The notes: generated by a model not told the origin, from the letters alone. A DNA stretch of 64,000 nucleotides from Octopus vulgaris (GCA_951406725.2 OX597834.1:30008001-30072000); one strand, 5' to 3'. Shown: positions 1 through 13,214, counted from the stretch's first letter. A program made the numbers and translations.

Positions 1-492
1 TCTGAGTTCAAATTCCACCAAGATCATCTTTGTTGTAAATCCTTCCAGGGTAGATGAGATATGCAGTCAAATACTGGTGCTGGCGGCACTGACGAGGGCT
101 CTCCCCTAAACATTTTCTGTCCTGGTACCTCAGAAATTATAAGTGTGGTATGTTGTTACATATGATCCAAACTGTTATAAGACACAGAAACAGGGACATT
201 AATGAAAACTCTAGCAAGAACTGGACCTGTTAAGAATGAAGAAGTGCTAATTAGCAAGTACAAAACGATTAATGCTCTCTCCTAATTAAGACAAGCAGGA
301 AGCTGATGTACTTTGAAGGCTACTACAGGAAGGAAAGATAAATGGCAAACACTTTGAGAGGAAGACCCAAAACAAACTAGTTTGACTGATCTATCTTATG
401 GTGAATGTGTAAGAATGGCAGAGAAAAGAACTGAACGGAGATCCCTGATATTCAACCAGCTGAGGGCAGATGGCATGTAGTAGCAGTAGTAG

Positions 493-526
<34 letters not shown>

Positions 527-1389
527 GATATACACACACACATATATGATGAGGTTCTGAGCTTCTTCCAGTTTCATAAGAAACACACACAATTCCTTTC
601 ATAAAATACTGATTGGTGGTTCAGGGGCTTAGTAGAAAACACTTACTTTGCCCCAGGTGAAGTGCAGTCAGATTGAACCTGAATGCTTGTGGTTTGCAAG
701 GCAAACTTTTTAACCTCACAGCCATGCCTGCTTCCATTTATTTGTTTGTAGCTTTCTATGCTAAAAGGAAGGACAAATGGTAAATGCCTTGAAAGGAAGA
801 CTTAAGACAAACTGGCTTCCTTGCATCAAGAACTGGACTAAACTATCGTAGGGTGAGTGTGTAAGAATGGCATTCAACCTACAGAGAATAGAGAGCACCT
901 AATAATGATGAAGCCTGGCGGATTACCAGAATCAGAGGAGAATGGACGAAATGCTTTGTACTATTGTTCTGGCTCATTACATTCTGAGATCAAATCCCAC
1001 AGAGGTCATTTTGCCTTTCAGCCATCTGGGGAGTCAATGAAATATAGTACAAGTCAAATGCTGCTAGTCTATTTTATCAGTTGTATCAACTAACACCCCT
1101 TCCTTCAAAACTGCTGGTCACATGCAGGATTTTTTAAAATATATATATATATATCTACAGTGAATGGCTGTGGAGGTCCAGTAGAGTAGAACAGGAATCA
1201 AAGGGGCCCAAAAATTGGTTGAAAAACACTGGTTTACTGGATCAAGGTTGAGCTGGGGCTGAACTATAATAACTGTGTTTATGTCAGTCTGTGTCAGTGC
1301 AAGAACCAGATGTGAATTTATTTCAAAAACCTTAAGATTCATAGAACAACGTGGAAGACAAGCAGCTGCAAAAATACTTGTTGCAGGCA

Positions 1390-1926
1390 TATATATATAT
1401 ATACACATACATATATATATATATATATACATACATATATACACATACATATACATACATACACATACATACATACATACATATACATACATACATATAT
1501 TCATACATATATACATATACATACATACATATATTCATACATATATACATATACATACATATATATATATATGCATACATATATATATATATGCATACAT
1601 ATATATATATATGCATACATATATATATATACATACATATATATATACATACATATATATATATACATACATATATATATACATACATATATATATATAC
1701 ATACATATATATATATACATATATATATACATACATATATATATATACATACATATATATATACATACATATATATATACATACATATATATATATATAT
1801 ACATACATATATATGCATATATATACATACATATATATGCATATATATACATACATATATATACATATATATACATACATATATATACACATACATATAT
1901 ATATATACATATATATACATATATAC

Positions 1927-1963
<37 letters not shown>

Positions 1964-2120
1964 CACATACATATATATACACATACATATATACATATAT
2001 ATACATATATATACATATATATACATACATACATATATACACATACATATACATATATACATACATATACATTATCATCATCATATACATACATATATAT
2101 ATATATACATATATACATAT
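1390..2120. repeat. Compound (TA)n/(TACA)n microsatellite
   Basis: About 730 bp of atatatacatac-type units; explains the Y/I/H/T-rich ORFs here. Confidence 0.97.
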
Positions 2121-2344
2121 AAGAATATAAGTATTTGTGGAAACTATCCCACTCATGATAAGATGGAAAGCGAGATGTAAACAAGTAAAAAAATAAATGT
2201 TTTAGTTTCAGCCACCAAGACTGCAGACATTCTCTATGTCAAAGTTTCATGACCTTATTTTTACCTCGCATCCCACATCAATTTTCTCCCCAAAAATATG
2301 TGCACCCCACCACGAATGGGCAAACAGACTATGTATATAGCATA

Positions 2345-2550
2345 AATGTGTGTGTGTGACTGCGTGTGTATCGTTGGTGATTTTCTTTCTCCGCCTTCCC
2401 TTCTTTGGACTTTTGCTATATTTCTGATGAAGAGCTCTGCTCGAAACGTGAAATCCTCTTTTCTTTCCTTTCCTGAGTGCTCAATAATACTACTTATTCC
2501 ACGTCCTCTTGTTGTTTTTTCTTGCTTGTTCATGTTTGTATTAACTATAT
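2345..2550 (+). mobile_element. PLE pseudo-LTR-like relic with a decayed minimal hammerhead
   Basis: CTGATGA-A-GAGC-TCT-GCTC-GAAAC-GTG at 2424-2450, then a T-rich tail into (TA)n; same layout at 53095-53270 and 18110-18310 (-). Confidence 0.6.
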
Positions 2551-2955
2551 ATATATAGAGAGAGATATATTTAGAGGATATGTTAACCTCATAAAGGGGT
2601 GATTACATCCAAGGGAATACTGGTTCGATACCTAATATTATTGGGGAATGAAACTCCCTTAAAACAATAGGTATATATTAAGCATATAGTTCATATCCAG
2701 TTAAATGAATAAAAGAAAAAGGAGTGTAGAAAATTAATTATTATTTATTATTAACAAAAATTAGTAATCTTTACTTCTTAAAGCCATTTCCATTAATACT
2801 CAATAAGTAAATTACATATTTGTGCATTAAATTTGCATTAATTATGCTATGAACATAATTTAATTAGAGACAAAAACATATGCCTTAACCCTTTTGCCAC
2901 CGTATTTATTTTGAGATGCTCTGCGTTTCTTTCAATTACTTTATATATATATATA

Positions 2956-3468
2956 CTAGCAGTATCGCCCGGCGTTGCTCGGGTTTGTAAGGGAAATAAC
3001 TATATAAGCATTTTTAGAGAGTTACTTCCCTTATAGATGCCAATTCGGGCTTTCTTAGCCATTTCTGTTTTGGTGTCTTCAAGCCATGAAGTCGTTGTTC
3101 TAAAAGAACGCTGGTCTCCTTGACAACGCTTTACGACGTTGATTTCCTTACACTCCCTTCCCCACAGCTTCACGAGGGAGGGAAGAAGGGGGAGAAGCAA
3201 ACAGGTGCAGGTGTGACCATGGACGCCAACTCCGCCGTCATCGACACACGAAAAATTATGCATTAAAATGGAATAAAAAATGATGTTAAATTATTTTTAA
3301 AATCGTAGACTCATCGTAGACGCGCGCTAATACTTAGACGGGCTCGATATGAATCACGACTATAAGATACCCGAATTTGGTTAAACTGCACCGCAAAATG
3401 TGGGAGTAGTTAGGAATCTAAATCGAAGGGGACAGACACTCACACAACTACAGTTTTATATATATAGA
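2956..3468 (-). mobile_element. Non-autonomous Helitron (513 bp)
   Basis: Minus strand starts TC and ends with hairpin CCCGAGCAACGCCGGG then CTAG; inserted between A and T, no TSD; near-identical copy at 27609-28121. Confidence 0.88.
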
Positions 3469-3535
3469 TATATATATATATAGATATATATTAAAGTATA
3501 TTTATTAATTAACTATTTTATTATTCTAGTTTATT

Positions 3536-3641
3536 TCTAACCTGATGAGTGGCTATATTTATATCAAAGTGATTTTACTACTACTATTAATTTTTTTACT
3601 ATAATCATTTCTTAAATATAGCCACGAAACACATGTCATTA
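3536..3641 (+). ncRNA. Type I hammerhead ribozyme (PLE-type)
   Basis: CTGATGA 3542-3548; perfect 13-bp stem II GTGGCTATATTTA/TAAATATAGCCAC; GAAA 3626-3629; stem III AC-ACAT-GT; GTC cleavage triplet 3635-3637; short stem I with one mismatch. Confidence 0.8.
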
Positions 3642-3783
3642 TTCTACCAATTACATACGTTTTTATTATTTTTTTGCAATTTACTTAATCAATGACATTT
3701 TATTGTTATTTTAATATTTCTATATATGTAATTTTCAAGATGGTGTAATTTAATTGTTCATTTTGAATTGATAAAAGGTGGTC

Positions 3784-3837
<54 letters not shown>

Positions 3838-4358
3838 GTTGTGTGAAATTTGATTTAGTATTTCTAAATTGAATTTTTTTCCTTGTAAGTTTGGATTAAT
3901 ATTCCCTCAAATAATTATTATATATATATATATATACATACATATATCATCATCATCATCATCATTATCGTCATCATTTAACGTCCATTTTCCATTTTCC
4001 CATGGTCTGATATGTTTTTGCCGAATATTAGAAATGTGATACTACGTGTATGATAGTGGGACACATTCACAACAATCACACAATATCAAGATAGATAAGG
4101 TAACACACACACACACACACACACACATAAATGTACACATGTTGAACTCATGAGAGAGGTGTACCTAACACATGTTGTAAACGACGTGCTACAAAACTGA
4201 ATCATAACAATTCCCACCTGAAGATTTGCAAGGGTAAGAAACTCAAGCCATGAAGCAAACTGTTAACTTCAGTTTCAATAAAAGAAGAGATGTGTGTGTG
4301 TTTATACATAGATATATACACACACACAAATATACAAACACATATATCTATAAATACC

Positions 4359-4406
<48 letters not shown>

Positions 4407-4418
4407 TATATATACATA

Positions 4419-4657
4419 TAGGAAGGGCATCTTGGTGTTAGGAAGAGCATCCTTGGTGTTACGAAGGGCATCCTGGCGTTACGAAGGGCATCCTGGCATT
4501 AGGAAGGGCATCTTGGTGCTGGGAAGGGCATCCAGCCATAGAAACATTGGCAGATCAGACTGGGCCTGGTGCAGCCTCCTGGCTTTCCAGACCCCAGTTG
4601 AACTGTCCAACCCATGCTAGCATGGAAAGCGGACGCTAAATGATGATGATGATGATG
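4419..4657 (+). mobile_element. SINE-like family C 3' part with (GAT)n tail and internal 20-bp tandem amplification
   Basis: ggaagggcatc(t/c)tggtgtta about x5, then aacccatgctagcatggaaagcggacgctaaa(tga)n. Confidence 0.8.
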
Positions 4658-4879
4658 ATATATATATAGGCATGTGTGTGTGTGTGTGCATGTAGTACAA
4701 CAGGCTTCTTTTAGTTTCCATGACTAAAACCTCACAGTTGGGAAGTGAGCTGTGGCCAAAGGCTCAGTATACCTAGGAATACATTATTAAATATATCCTT
4801 CCTTGTTGTCAAGGTTACATCTTGATCCAACAAACCTGTAATCAACAATATTCCAGCAATAATCATCTTGCTTTGGGAG

Positions 4880-5310
4880 AAGATGGCATGGTATATCTAG
4901 GACTACATAGCCTAATGTGTCTTCCCCCTTTATTAAGATTGTAAAATATATCTAGGACTAAATAATCTCATTTGATCTTTACTGAGGTGGAAGAGTATAC
5001 CTAGGCCTACATCATCTAATGTGGTCTCCCTCTTCATTAAGATTCTAAGGTATAGATAGGACTGCATTACATAGTGTGTCCTCCTCCTTTGTTAAGATGG
5101 CAGAGTGTATCAAGAGTTACATTATCTAATGTGCCTTATCCCTTTCTTAAGACGGCAAGATGTATCTAGGACTACATTACATAAGGTGCTTTTCTTTTTA
5201 TTTTGATAGCAGAGTATATCTAGGACTAAATTATTTACTGTGACCTTCCTTTTCCTTAAGATGTTTGAATGCAATTTGAGGAAGATTCGGCTGCTATTTC
5301 TAGCGGAATA
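4880..5310 (+). repeat. Degenerate ~55-bp tandem repeat
   Basis: About 7 recurrences of gtatatctaggactacatta...taagat, ending in the dispersed motif ggctgctatttctagc. Confidence 0.65.
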
Positions 5311-5984
5311 ATTAAACACATCAAGAGTCCCACTGCTCGACTTCTCAAACAAAGTCTAATGATTATATCCTCATAGAGTTTGAAGTGTGTGAAGGCCATA
5401 CAGACCTGACAAGATTAACCAGCTTCCTGTTGCTGAGAGAAGGCCATATGAACTGGCCAGGTTAAGTAGCTTCCTGTTGGAATGGAATAACAACAGCAAC
5501 AAAAATAATAATAGTATATATGTATTATATATCATTTAATGAATGACAAAAGAACAGGAGCTATGTGAGTGTGTGTGTGTGAGCATGCACACACACACAC
5601 ACACACACAGTAGCTACCTCACCTAAAAAAATGGTTTTAATATCAAATGAAGGAAAACAAGATACAAGAGTTGACAACCTTCACTATGCCCTCCCTGCAA
5701 ACTTTCTGGTCTGCCTTGCACCTAAAGTTAGATTAAACTACTTTTCATCCTCATTATCCCCCATGAATTAACATTTTGAGCAAACACTCTTTGTCAATTT
5801 TCATTTATTTATTTGTCTTTTAACTTATCCACAAATCTACCCCACCTTTGAGTTTCTAAGCACGGAGAAGATCCAGCTTAGTTTTATTCTCCACAACTAT
5901 GTGGGTATGCGTGTGTATATAGAGAGAGAGACACACACACACACATATAGATCTATACATATATATATATCAATGGAAATTGCA

Positions 5985-6520
5985 GATGTGTTACCAGTGC
6001 CGGTGGCATGTAAGAGAACCTTCCGTTTCGCGACCGTTGCCAGCACCGCCCCGTTTCGTGTCCGTTGCCAGCCTCGCCTGGCCCTCGTGTCGGTGGCACA
6101 TAAAAAGCACCATCCATTCGTGGCCGTTTGCCAGCTCTGTCTGGCACCAGTGCGGGTGGCACATAAAAAGCACCCACTACACTCATGGAGTGGTTGGCGT
6201 TAGGAAGGGCATCCAGCCGTAGAAACACTGCCAGATTTGACTGGGCCTGATGAAGCCTTCTGGCTTCACAGACCCCAGTAGAACCGTCCAACCCATGCTA
6301 GCATGGAAAGCGGACGCTAAACGATGATGATGATGATATGGCACATAAAAAGCACCCACTACACTCACGGAGTGGTTGGCGTTAGGAAGGGCATCCAGCC
6401 GTAGAAACACTGCCAGATCAGACTGGGCCTGATGCAGCCTTCTGGCTTCACAGACCCCAGTTGAACCGTCCAACCCATGCTAGCATGGAAAGCGGACGCT
6501 AAATGATGATGATGATGATG
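5985..6520 (+). mobile_element. SINE-like family C, long copy plus tandem 3' duplicate
   Basis: Internal gtgcNggtggcac-taaaaagcacc units; two successive 3' ends with (GAT)n tails at about 6336 and 6520. Confidence 0.85.
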
Positions 6521-6834
6521 TACCTTATATAGTGTAGACATACAAATATATACACACAAACACACATACATATACACACACACACAATCGTGTGTGTGTG
6601 TGTGTGTGTGCGTGTATTTGTCCCCCATCTGTTCCCTATCACTACTTGATAACCTGTGTCAGTGTGTTTACATCCCTGTAACTTAGTGGTTATGCAAAAA
6701 AACAGACCAATAAAAGAAGTATCAGGCGCCCCAAAAAAACATAAATTTTGGGGCTGATTCATTTGACTAAAATTCTTCCAGGCTGCGCCCCAGCATGGTC
6801 ACAGATAAAAGACATATATACATATATATATATA

Positions 6835-7250
6835 CTCTTTACTCTTTTACTTGTTTCAGTCATTTGACTGCGGCCATGCTGGAGCACCGCCTTTAATCGC
6901 GCAACTCGACCCCGGGATTTATTCTTTTGCAAGCCCAGTACTTATTCTATCGGTTTTTTTTGCCGAACCGCTAAGTAACGGGGACATAAACACACCAGCA
7001 TCGGTTGTCAAGCAATGCTAGGGGGACAAACACAGACACACAAACATACACGCACACACACACATATATATATATATACATATATACGACGGGCTTCTTT
7101 CAGTTTCCGTCTACCAAATCCACTCACAAGGCATTGGTCGGCCCGGGGCTATAGCAGAAGACACTTGCCCAAGATGCCACGCAGTGGGACTGAACCTGGA
7201 ACCATGTGGTTGGTTAGCAAGCCACTTACCACACAGCCACTCCTGCGCCT
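6835..7250 (-). mobile_element. tRNA-derived CORE-type SINE (family B)
   Basis: Head with A-box-like TGGCTGTGTGG and B-box-like GGTTCAGTCCC; CORE-like TGGCATCTTGGGCAAGTGTCTT; internal (TA)/(TG) tract; (GTAAAAGA) tail; in (TA)n. Confidence 0.88.
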
Positions 7251-7734
7251 ATATATATCAGTTAAATCAAAAGTAAAGACCCTGAAGAAATTGCACTTGT
7301 TTTATAGTAAGATTGCAATTGCAACAGTTACTCTGCACCAACAAGAAACTAAAATAAGCTCTTTCATCTCTTATTTTATTATTTTGTGTGTGTGTGTGTG
7401 TGTGTGTGCATGTGCATGTGTGTGTATTGCCAATAGTAAATGCAGGTGGTTTATTCTTTGCAGCAAAAAACATAATAATAAACTAGAAGAAAACTGAAAT
7501 AAATTTGGTAAACTGTGAAACATATCTCTAACAAGAGAGGAGAGTGAAAAAATTTCAAAAATTAGTCAAAGTATTTTTAGCTTTGGATAAGACAAGGAAC
7601 GATAAGAAATAACCATTACTAAATAGTTTGTTGTTATTTTCATTTTATTTTTTATATTTTGTTGTGTGTTTTCTTTTTATTTTATTATCAATTTTATTGT
7701 TTATATAGCTGTTGTTATTATTCTAGGCAACTGT

Positions 7735-8185
7735 TGGTGGCTTTGGTTCCCACAAATTATATTTGTTAGGGAAGTTATAATGTACTGAGATGCCGGGTCA
7801 TGTTACTTCAAGTATTCTATCAGTGCCAGTCTGCAGCATTCTGACATCATGTGATCAATAGACTCTGGATACTCTCTGCACATGTGGCACAATGGGCTGC
7901 TTTCATTGTTTGAGGACATTACTTTGGTAATTCCCAGTTGGAAGGGATTGGTCCTGAGCAGCAATGCTATACTCGCCATTTCCTGGTTTGAGACCAGAGT
8001 ATATCAGCCACTGAAGAACAAGGGTTCTGATCTACATCAGGGTCCCTGATTCTTGTCAGATATTTGTCATGCAGTGATCTGTGCTCCCATTTCTTCTTAA
8101 GGGAAGCTGGTTTGTTCGGATATGCTTTTCTACTTGTTTTGCCTTAGTTGGGGACACAATGTCTTTTGGCACTGGTTCTTCTGGT
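7735..8185 (-). pseudogene. R4/Dong-clade non-LTR retrotransposon C-terminal relic
   Basis: Manual translation across frameshifts: KWEHRSLHDKY...AAQDQSLPTGNY...CHMCREYPESIDHMMSECCRLALIEYLK*HD, matching the LHGxY, AAQDQ, CCHC knuckle and RHD motifs. Confidence 0.75.
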
Positions 8186-8719
8186 AGTATTTCTCTAAGG
8201 TATATTTATGTATGTGTGATTCACTGCTGGTGTTAGTTTGTATATGTCCTCATGACTTAGCGGTCTGGCAAAAGAGACTGATGGAGTAAGTACCAGACTT
8301 TAAAAAGAAAAAAAACAAAAGACATTCAATATCATTTTTAACCCCTTCACAATTAATAAACTACTTTTCCCCTCAAAATCTGTGGTTCTCAGCTGGGACC
8401 CTTGGGGGCCCATATAGGATCTTGTTGCTAAAATTTATGTGAAATGAACTGGCTGCTTTGAAACCAGATGCAAGATACTGTAAGAAGGGAGGAAAAGATG
8501 TTGTCCTCAATTCCCTAGGGCTACTGTTTGGGGTTACTTTCAGTAGCGTCAGAGCCACAGGATTTGCCTTATCTCTTACTGATCTCGTCAGCCGTGTCTG
8601 CTTCCATGAGAAACAATGTGCAAGGAGGCAGAAGACGATGGATGTCTTGGATCGATGCTGTCATCACCTTTGATGGCCATCATAAGCAATTAAAGAGGCA
8701 ATGACCAAGATCCTTGGCA

Positions 8720-9000
8720 TTACGTCATGCTTGAGAAGAAGACCCATCAAGCTGAGTAAATTCACAATCGTGGCAGATACTGGTGTTACGCAAATGGCAC
8801 CCATGCTGGTGGCACATAAAAGCACCCATTACACTCTTGGAGTGGTTGGTGTTAGGAAGGGCATCCAGCCATAGAAAACCATGCCAAATCAGTCAGACTG
8901 GAGCTTGGCGCAGCCTTCCAGCGTGCCAGCCCAGTCAAACCGTCCAGCCCATGCTAGCATGAACAACAGACATTAAATGATGTTGATGATGATGATGGTG
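8720..9000 (+). mobile_element. SINE-like family C, diverged copy
   Basis: ggtggcacataaaagcaccc...ttaggaagggcatccagc...catgctagcatg, (GAT)n tail. Confidence 0.75.
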
Positions 9001-9020
9001 ATATATGATTAAATATTTAA

Positions 9021-9328
9021 CCCCTTACCCGGCAGAAACGAATATATTCGTTTTGACCGAAATCGTTTTTTTCTATCTCTGGCGAGTTAACTCGTCAAAA
9101 GATAGACTCGCCAAAATCGACAGCAAACGAGTTCCTTCGTCTAAAATCGGGTTAACTCGTTTCTGCCCAAAGCGGTAATTTGAAATCAATATTATTGAAT
9201 TAAAATTCATAATAAATAAGGTTTGAAATATACCTCGAAATCACCATTCAAAACATAGTAAAATAAAACAATTAAAAAATATGTCTGAAAAAATACATTT
9301 ATTTTCAAAATAATTGTTGGGTAAGGGG
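9021..9328. mobile_element. piggyBac-like MITE
   Basis: TTAA on both sides (9017-9020, 9329-9332); TIR CCCCTTACCC/GGGTAAGGGG. Confidence 0.75.
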
Positions 9329-10484
9329 TTAATTATAGAAATGTAATATGAGTTTTTAGACATTGAATGGTTATGAGGGTTCCCCCTCCCTGAGAAAAAC
9401 AGGAGTCAAAGGCAAGAAGGGGTTGAGGACCTCTGCTCTAAATAACGTTGCAATGACCTGAAAAGAAGATATTCAAATGGGACAAGGTCAGGAGAGTAAG
9501 GAGGATAAGGCTGAACTTCTATATTTAGCTCTATAATCTTTGCCTATGTGACTTTATTTTACCCAAGTATTGAAAAGGTACTCTTAAAATGACAGGACTT
9601 AATTTCCAAACTATGAATTTCTGACTAGAAGTAAACGAACTTTGTTATCAGTAAGTTCAACGGCAGAACTTTAAAAAAAAAATCAGTGAAGTGTGGGGTG
9701 TGGGGTGCAGGGTGTGGGGTTTAGTCTTGTTATGGTTTGGGTCAGGTTGGGTCTGGTCTTGTCTGGTCTGGTCAGTATCACCAGAAATCAGCTATTTATC
9801 ATCTTACTTCTGCTATCTATTATCTTAACAATTTAATTAAAGCTGGAATGAGAAGGTTTACATTAGCTGCATAGCCTGCTAGAAACAACAACAAACTTCC
9901 CTTCAGATCATACCTTCCTGTCTCGGGAAGAAGAAATATAAACAAAAGGAAAAGGAGAGATTTTGCAGTTCTGGATATACAATGACAAGTGATGGGACAT
10001 CTTTGATCACATATTTATTCAATCAGAGGAGATAGCCACTCTGAAAAGCATGCATCGAACTGTCTGGCTAGGAGAAGCTCTGAGCTGACTCACTGTATTT
10101 ACACTTATCTGTCAACAGCGAGAAGCTTTTTCAATGGCAAAATACAGGGAAAAACTTTCTTTGGGATTCGAAACTGCCTCAAAACATATTTGAAATGGTA
10201 ACAAGTTTGTATTTATACACATCACTGCTTAGCACTGTCACCTTGTGAGTGTATGTGTATATATTGAAATATGAAAGAGAAGCAGCACAAGGAATATATT
10301 CAAAACTGAACACACATGCACAAGGTGTGTGTGTTTTGCTAGTTCATGGGTCGGCTGCATTTTGGGCATAAGAGAATAGGTTCTCAATGTGCCTGGTATT
10401 ACAAACACCTGAAACTAGACAACTAGACAACTCACATCAGGCCTCTTCTCCGTGTCATTTTGGTGTCCACTTGTTGCTGCTTAT

Positions 10485-10665
10485 CAAGGTTGAGGATTCT
10501 CAGGAACATGGCACGCTTTGGTTGCCTCTGGTGTGAGAAACTCTGACCAGGTCCAAAAGTCTCCCAGGAGAAATGACAGAAAGTCCAGGGCAGATGCTTC
10601 TGTTGTTGCTAGAATGATACACACTAAGTTTCCAACAATTGTGATGGTTTTAGGAGTGGTGAGTA
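10485..10665 (+). pseudogene. maT/Tc1-like transposase fragment
   Basis: Homologous to 12880-13065; encodes HTKFPTIVMVLGVVSN. Confidence 0.6.
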
Positions 10666-11364
10666 ATTTGTTGAGACAAGTATAGATTCTCTGGCCGGAT
10701 GCTCTTCCTATCACCAACCCTTCATCTGTTTCCAAGTAATATTTCCCTATTCTTGAAGTTTAGTGATTCAACATGTTGCATCTCATCAACTGTGTTCTAA
10801 ACACATTGTCATTGCAAAAAGTTGTTGTTCTGTGACATAAACAACAGCAACTAGCATATCTGTGCTTGAATCTCTCAGGACATACTATGAATATGCAAAT
10901 CATTGTTTTTGTGTGTGTGTGTGTGTGTGTATACATATGTATATATATGTGTGTATGTGTGGGTGTTTTTGTTTTTGTGTTTGACCCCTCCCCCCCTCCG
11001 TTACTGCTTGACAACCAGTTTTGATTAGTGGTTCTGTAAGACCAATAAAACAGGTAAAGGATTTTTAGAGAATAAAGTACTGGGATCTATTTGTCCAATT
11101 GAATCCATCAAGGCAGTGCTCCACCATGCCCACAGTGGGATGACTGAAACAAGTAAAAGAGATAAAAGAGAGAGACAGACAGACAGACAGAAGTGTACAA
11201 AGAAAAAAGGGAATGAGAGATAAACAAATAGAAATAAACGTGATGATGTAAAATAACAGCTGCTGTGGGCAGGGCATGAACCCAGAATGTAAGAGGTAAA
11301 CAGTCCCACATTAACTCCCTCTCTCTCTTTCCATCTCTCTTTCTCTTGGTGTGTTTTTTTTTGA

Positions 11365-11404
<40 letters not shown>

Positions 11405-12306
11405 AGTTTAGACAGATAAGATATTGGACACACACCATCACCAAAACTACCACCACCACTATCACTGCCACCACCACTATCACTGCCACTGCCACCACCA
11501 CTGCCGCAACCACCACCACCACTGCTGCCACCACCACCACTACATTGTCAGTTTTTAAAGTGTTTGAGTCTGGAACATTCAGTGATAGATTAAGTGTGGT
11601 GGAGGCAAAGGTAAAGGTGGTGGTGATGATGGTGGTTGTGGTGGAGATGAAGGTGGTGGTGGTGGTGGTGGAAGAGGTGAAGGTTGTGGTGGTGGTGGGT
11701 GAAGGTCCCTGTAGAATAGAGTTGTGTTGTAGTTGAGAAAGTTTAGTTGCTGGTGGTGGTGGTGTAGATATTGTTGGTGTTGTAGCAGTAGTGTAGCTTT
11801 TAAGGTGTGGCAGTCATGGGTGGCTTGGACAGTGATAGTGGAGTTTATGCTATCAGTGACATTGGTAATGTTGGTGTTGTTGGTGTTGTTGTTGTTGGTA
11901 ATAGCAGTAGTGCTGCTGTTGATAATAATGGTGATAGCAACAGTGGTGGTGGTGGTGGTAGTGGTGGTGGTGGTTGTAGCGGTGATGGTGATGCTGAGGG
12001 TACTAGTCATACTTTTTGTTGCTACTTAGGAACTACGGAAACTGGTGAATGGTTAGATGTATCAGATAGAACTAATGGTGCCTCACAGATAATGAGAGCA
12101 GGAGACAGAGATAAAGAGGGAGAGAGAGAGAGACACAGACAGGCAGGGAGGGGAAGAGAGAAAGTGTGTCAAGGGGGACTTAGCCATTTGATAAATAGAG
12201 ACCAGGATGACCAATGCTTTGTGACTTAAATTCACACACACAAACATACATAAATATATATATGTATGTATATACATATAAACATACATAAATATATATA
12301 TATATA

Positions 12307-12685
12307 CTAGCAGTATCGCCCGGCGTTGCTCAGGTTTGTAAGGGAAATAACTATAAAGCATTTTTAGAGAGTTATAGCCAAAAAATAGCAAAAAAATGGG
12401 AAAAAAATGCTGGTCAATTTTTTTTGAGAGTTAAAAAAGGTTGAGTTGCGTCCCCTAGACGGTCTGTGGTTTGGGTTTCTGATTCTCGACCCTATGTCGA
12501 ATTTATCGATTTTTTTTCAGAACTGGGGGAACTTTTCAAAATTTTCGCTGCGTTAGTTTTGAATTATGACATTGGGCTATGTGTGTGTCAAGTTTCATCA
12601 GAATCAGTTGAAAGCCGTGGTCAGGGTGAGGGTACAACCTAACAGACACACAGAAACACACACAGACAAACTGCCGTTTATATAT

Positions 12686-12688
<3 letters not shown>
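12307..12688 (-). mobile_element. Non-autonomous Helitron (variant)
   Basis: Same hairpin+CTAG 3' terminal ~70 bp as 2956; 5' part shared with 41208-41606; TC start. Confidence 0.85.
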
Positions 12689-12733
<45 letters not shown>

Positions 12734-12859
12734 GTGTGTGTCAGATCACCCAAAAACTTCAGGTGTCAAAGTAGACTAGCAGACCAGAACATTTGACACA
12801 ATTTGTATGCACTGAGAAACCAATTCATGACTGCAAAGACATGGGAAAACAGTTTGGTC

Positions 12860-13210
12860 AGTGCCAAGACCGTTACTTAACAAGGTTAAGGATTCTCATG
12901 AATGTGGCATGCTTTGGTTTGCCTCTGGTGTGAGAAACTCTGAACAGGTCCAAAAGTCTCCCAGGAGAAATGGCAGAAAGTCCTGTGCAGATGCTTCTGC
13001 TGTTGCTAGAATGATACACACTAAATTTCCAGCAATTGTGATGGTTTTAGGAGTGGTGAGTAATGAAGGTCATGCTGCCTCACATCTTTCTTTGAATTAA
13101 AGCTGTTGGATACATTGGGGTATCAGAGACAGTTATTAAGCCCTGGATGGATGATGTGAACAATGGAAGACCTTATTTGTTTCGACCAGATTCAACATCT
13201 CTTCCCAAAG
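12860..13210 (+). pseudogene. maT/Tc1-like transposase fragment
   Basis: MIHTKFPAIVMVLGVVSNEGH...KPWMDD...PYLFRPDS, typical of the IS630-Tc1-mariner catalytic region. Confidence 0.65.
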
Positions 13211-13214
13211 TCCA

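Noticed and set aside
290-480. Possible RTE 3' relic (GKING..RGRP-like; also about 760-950 and 34260-34500)
   Set aside because: Similarity is too short and degraded to support a call.
1275-2184. Long ORFs rich in Y/I/H/T/C/V/M (also 19051-19829, 50278-51561, 62397-62787)
   Set aside because: Translations of (TA)/(CA)/(TACA) microsatellites, open in many frames on both strands.
3000-3263. Duplicated 87-aa ORF (also 27653-27916)
   Set aside because: Inside a non-autonomous Helitron; no recognisable domain.
7282-7332. Hammerhead-like CTGAAGA-AATTGCA...TGCAATT-GCAAC
   Set aside because: Stem II is good, but GAAA is mutated and there is no stem I; too weak to call.
8380-9437. Possible old hAT MITE ends (tggttctcagc...ggttgaggacctctg; also 1175-1232)
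   Set aside because: Too diverged; no TSD verifiable.
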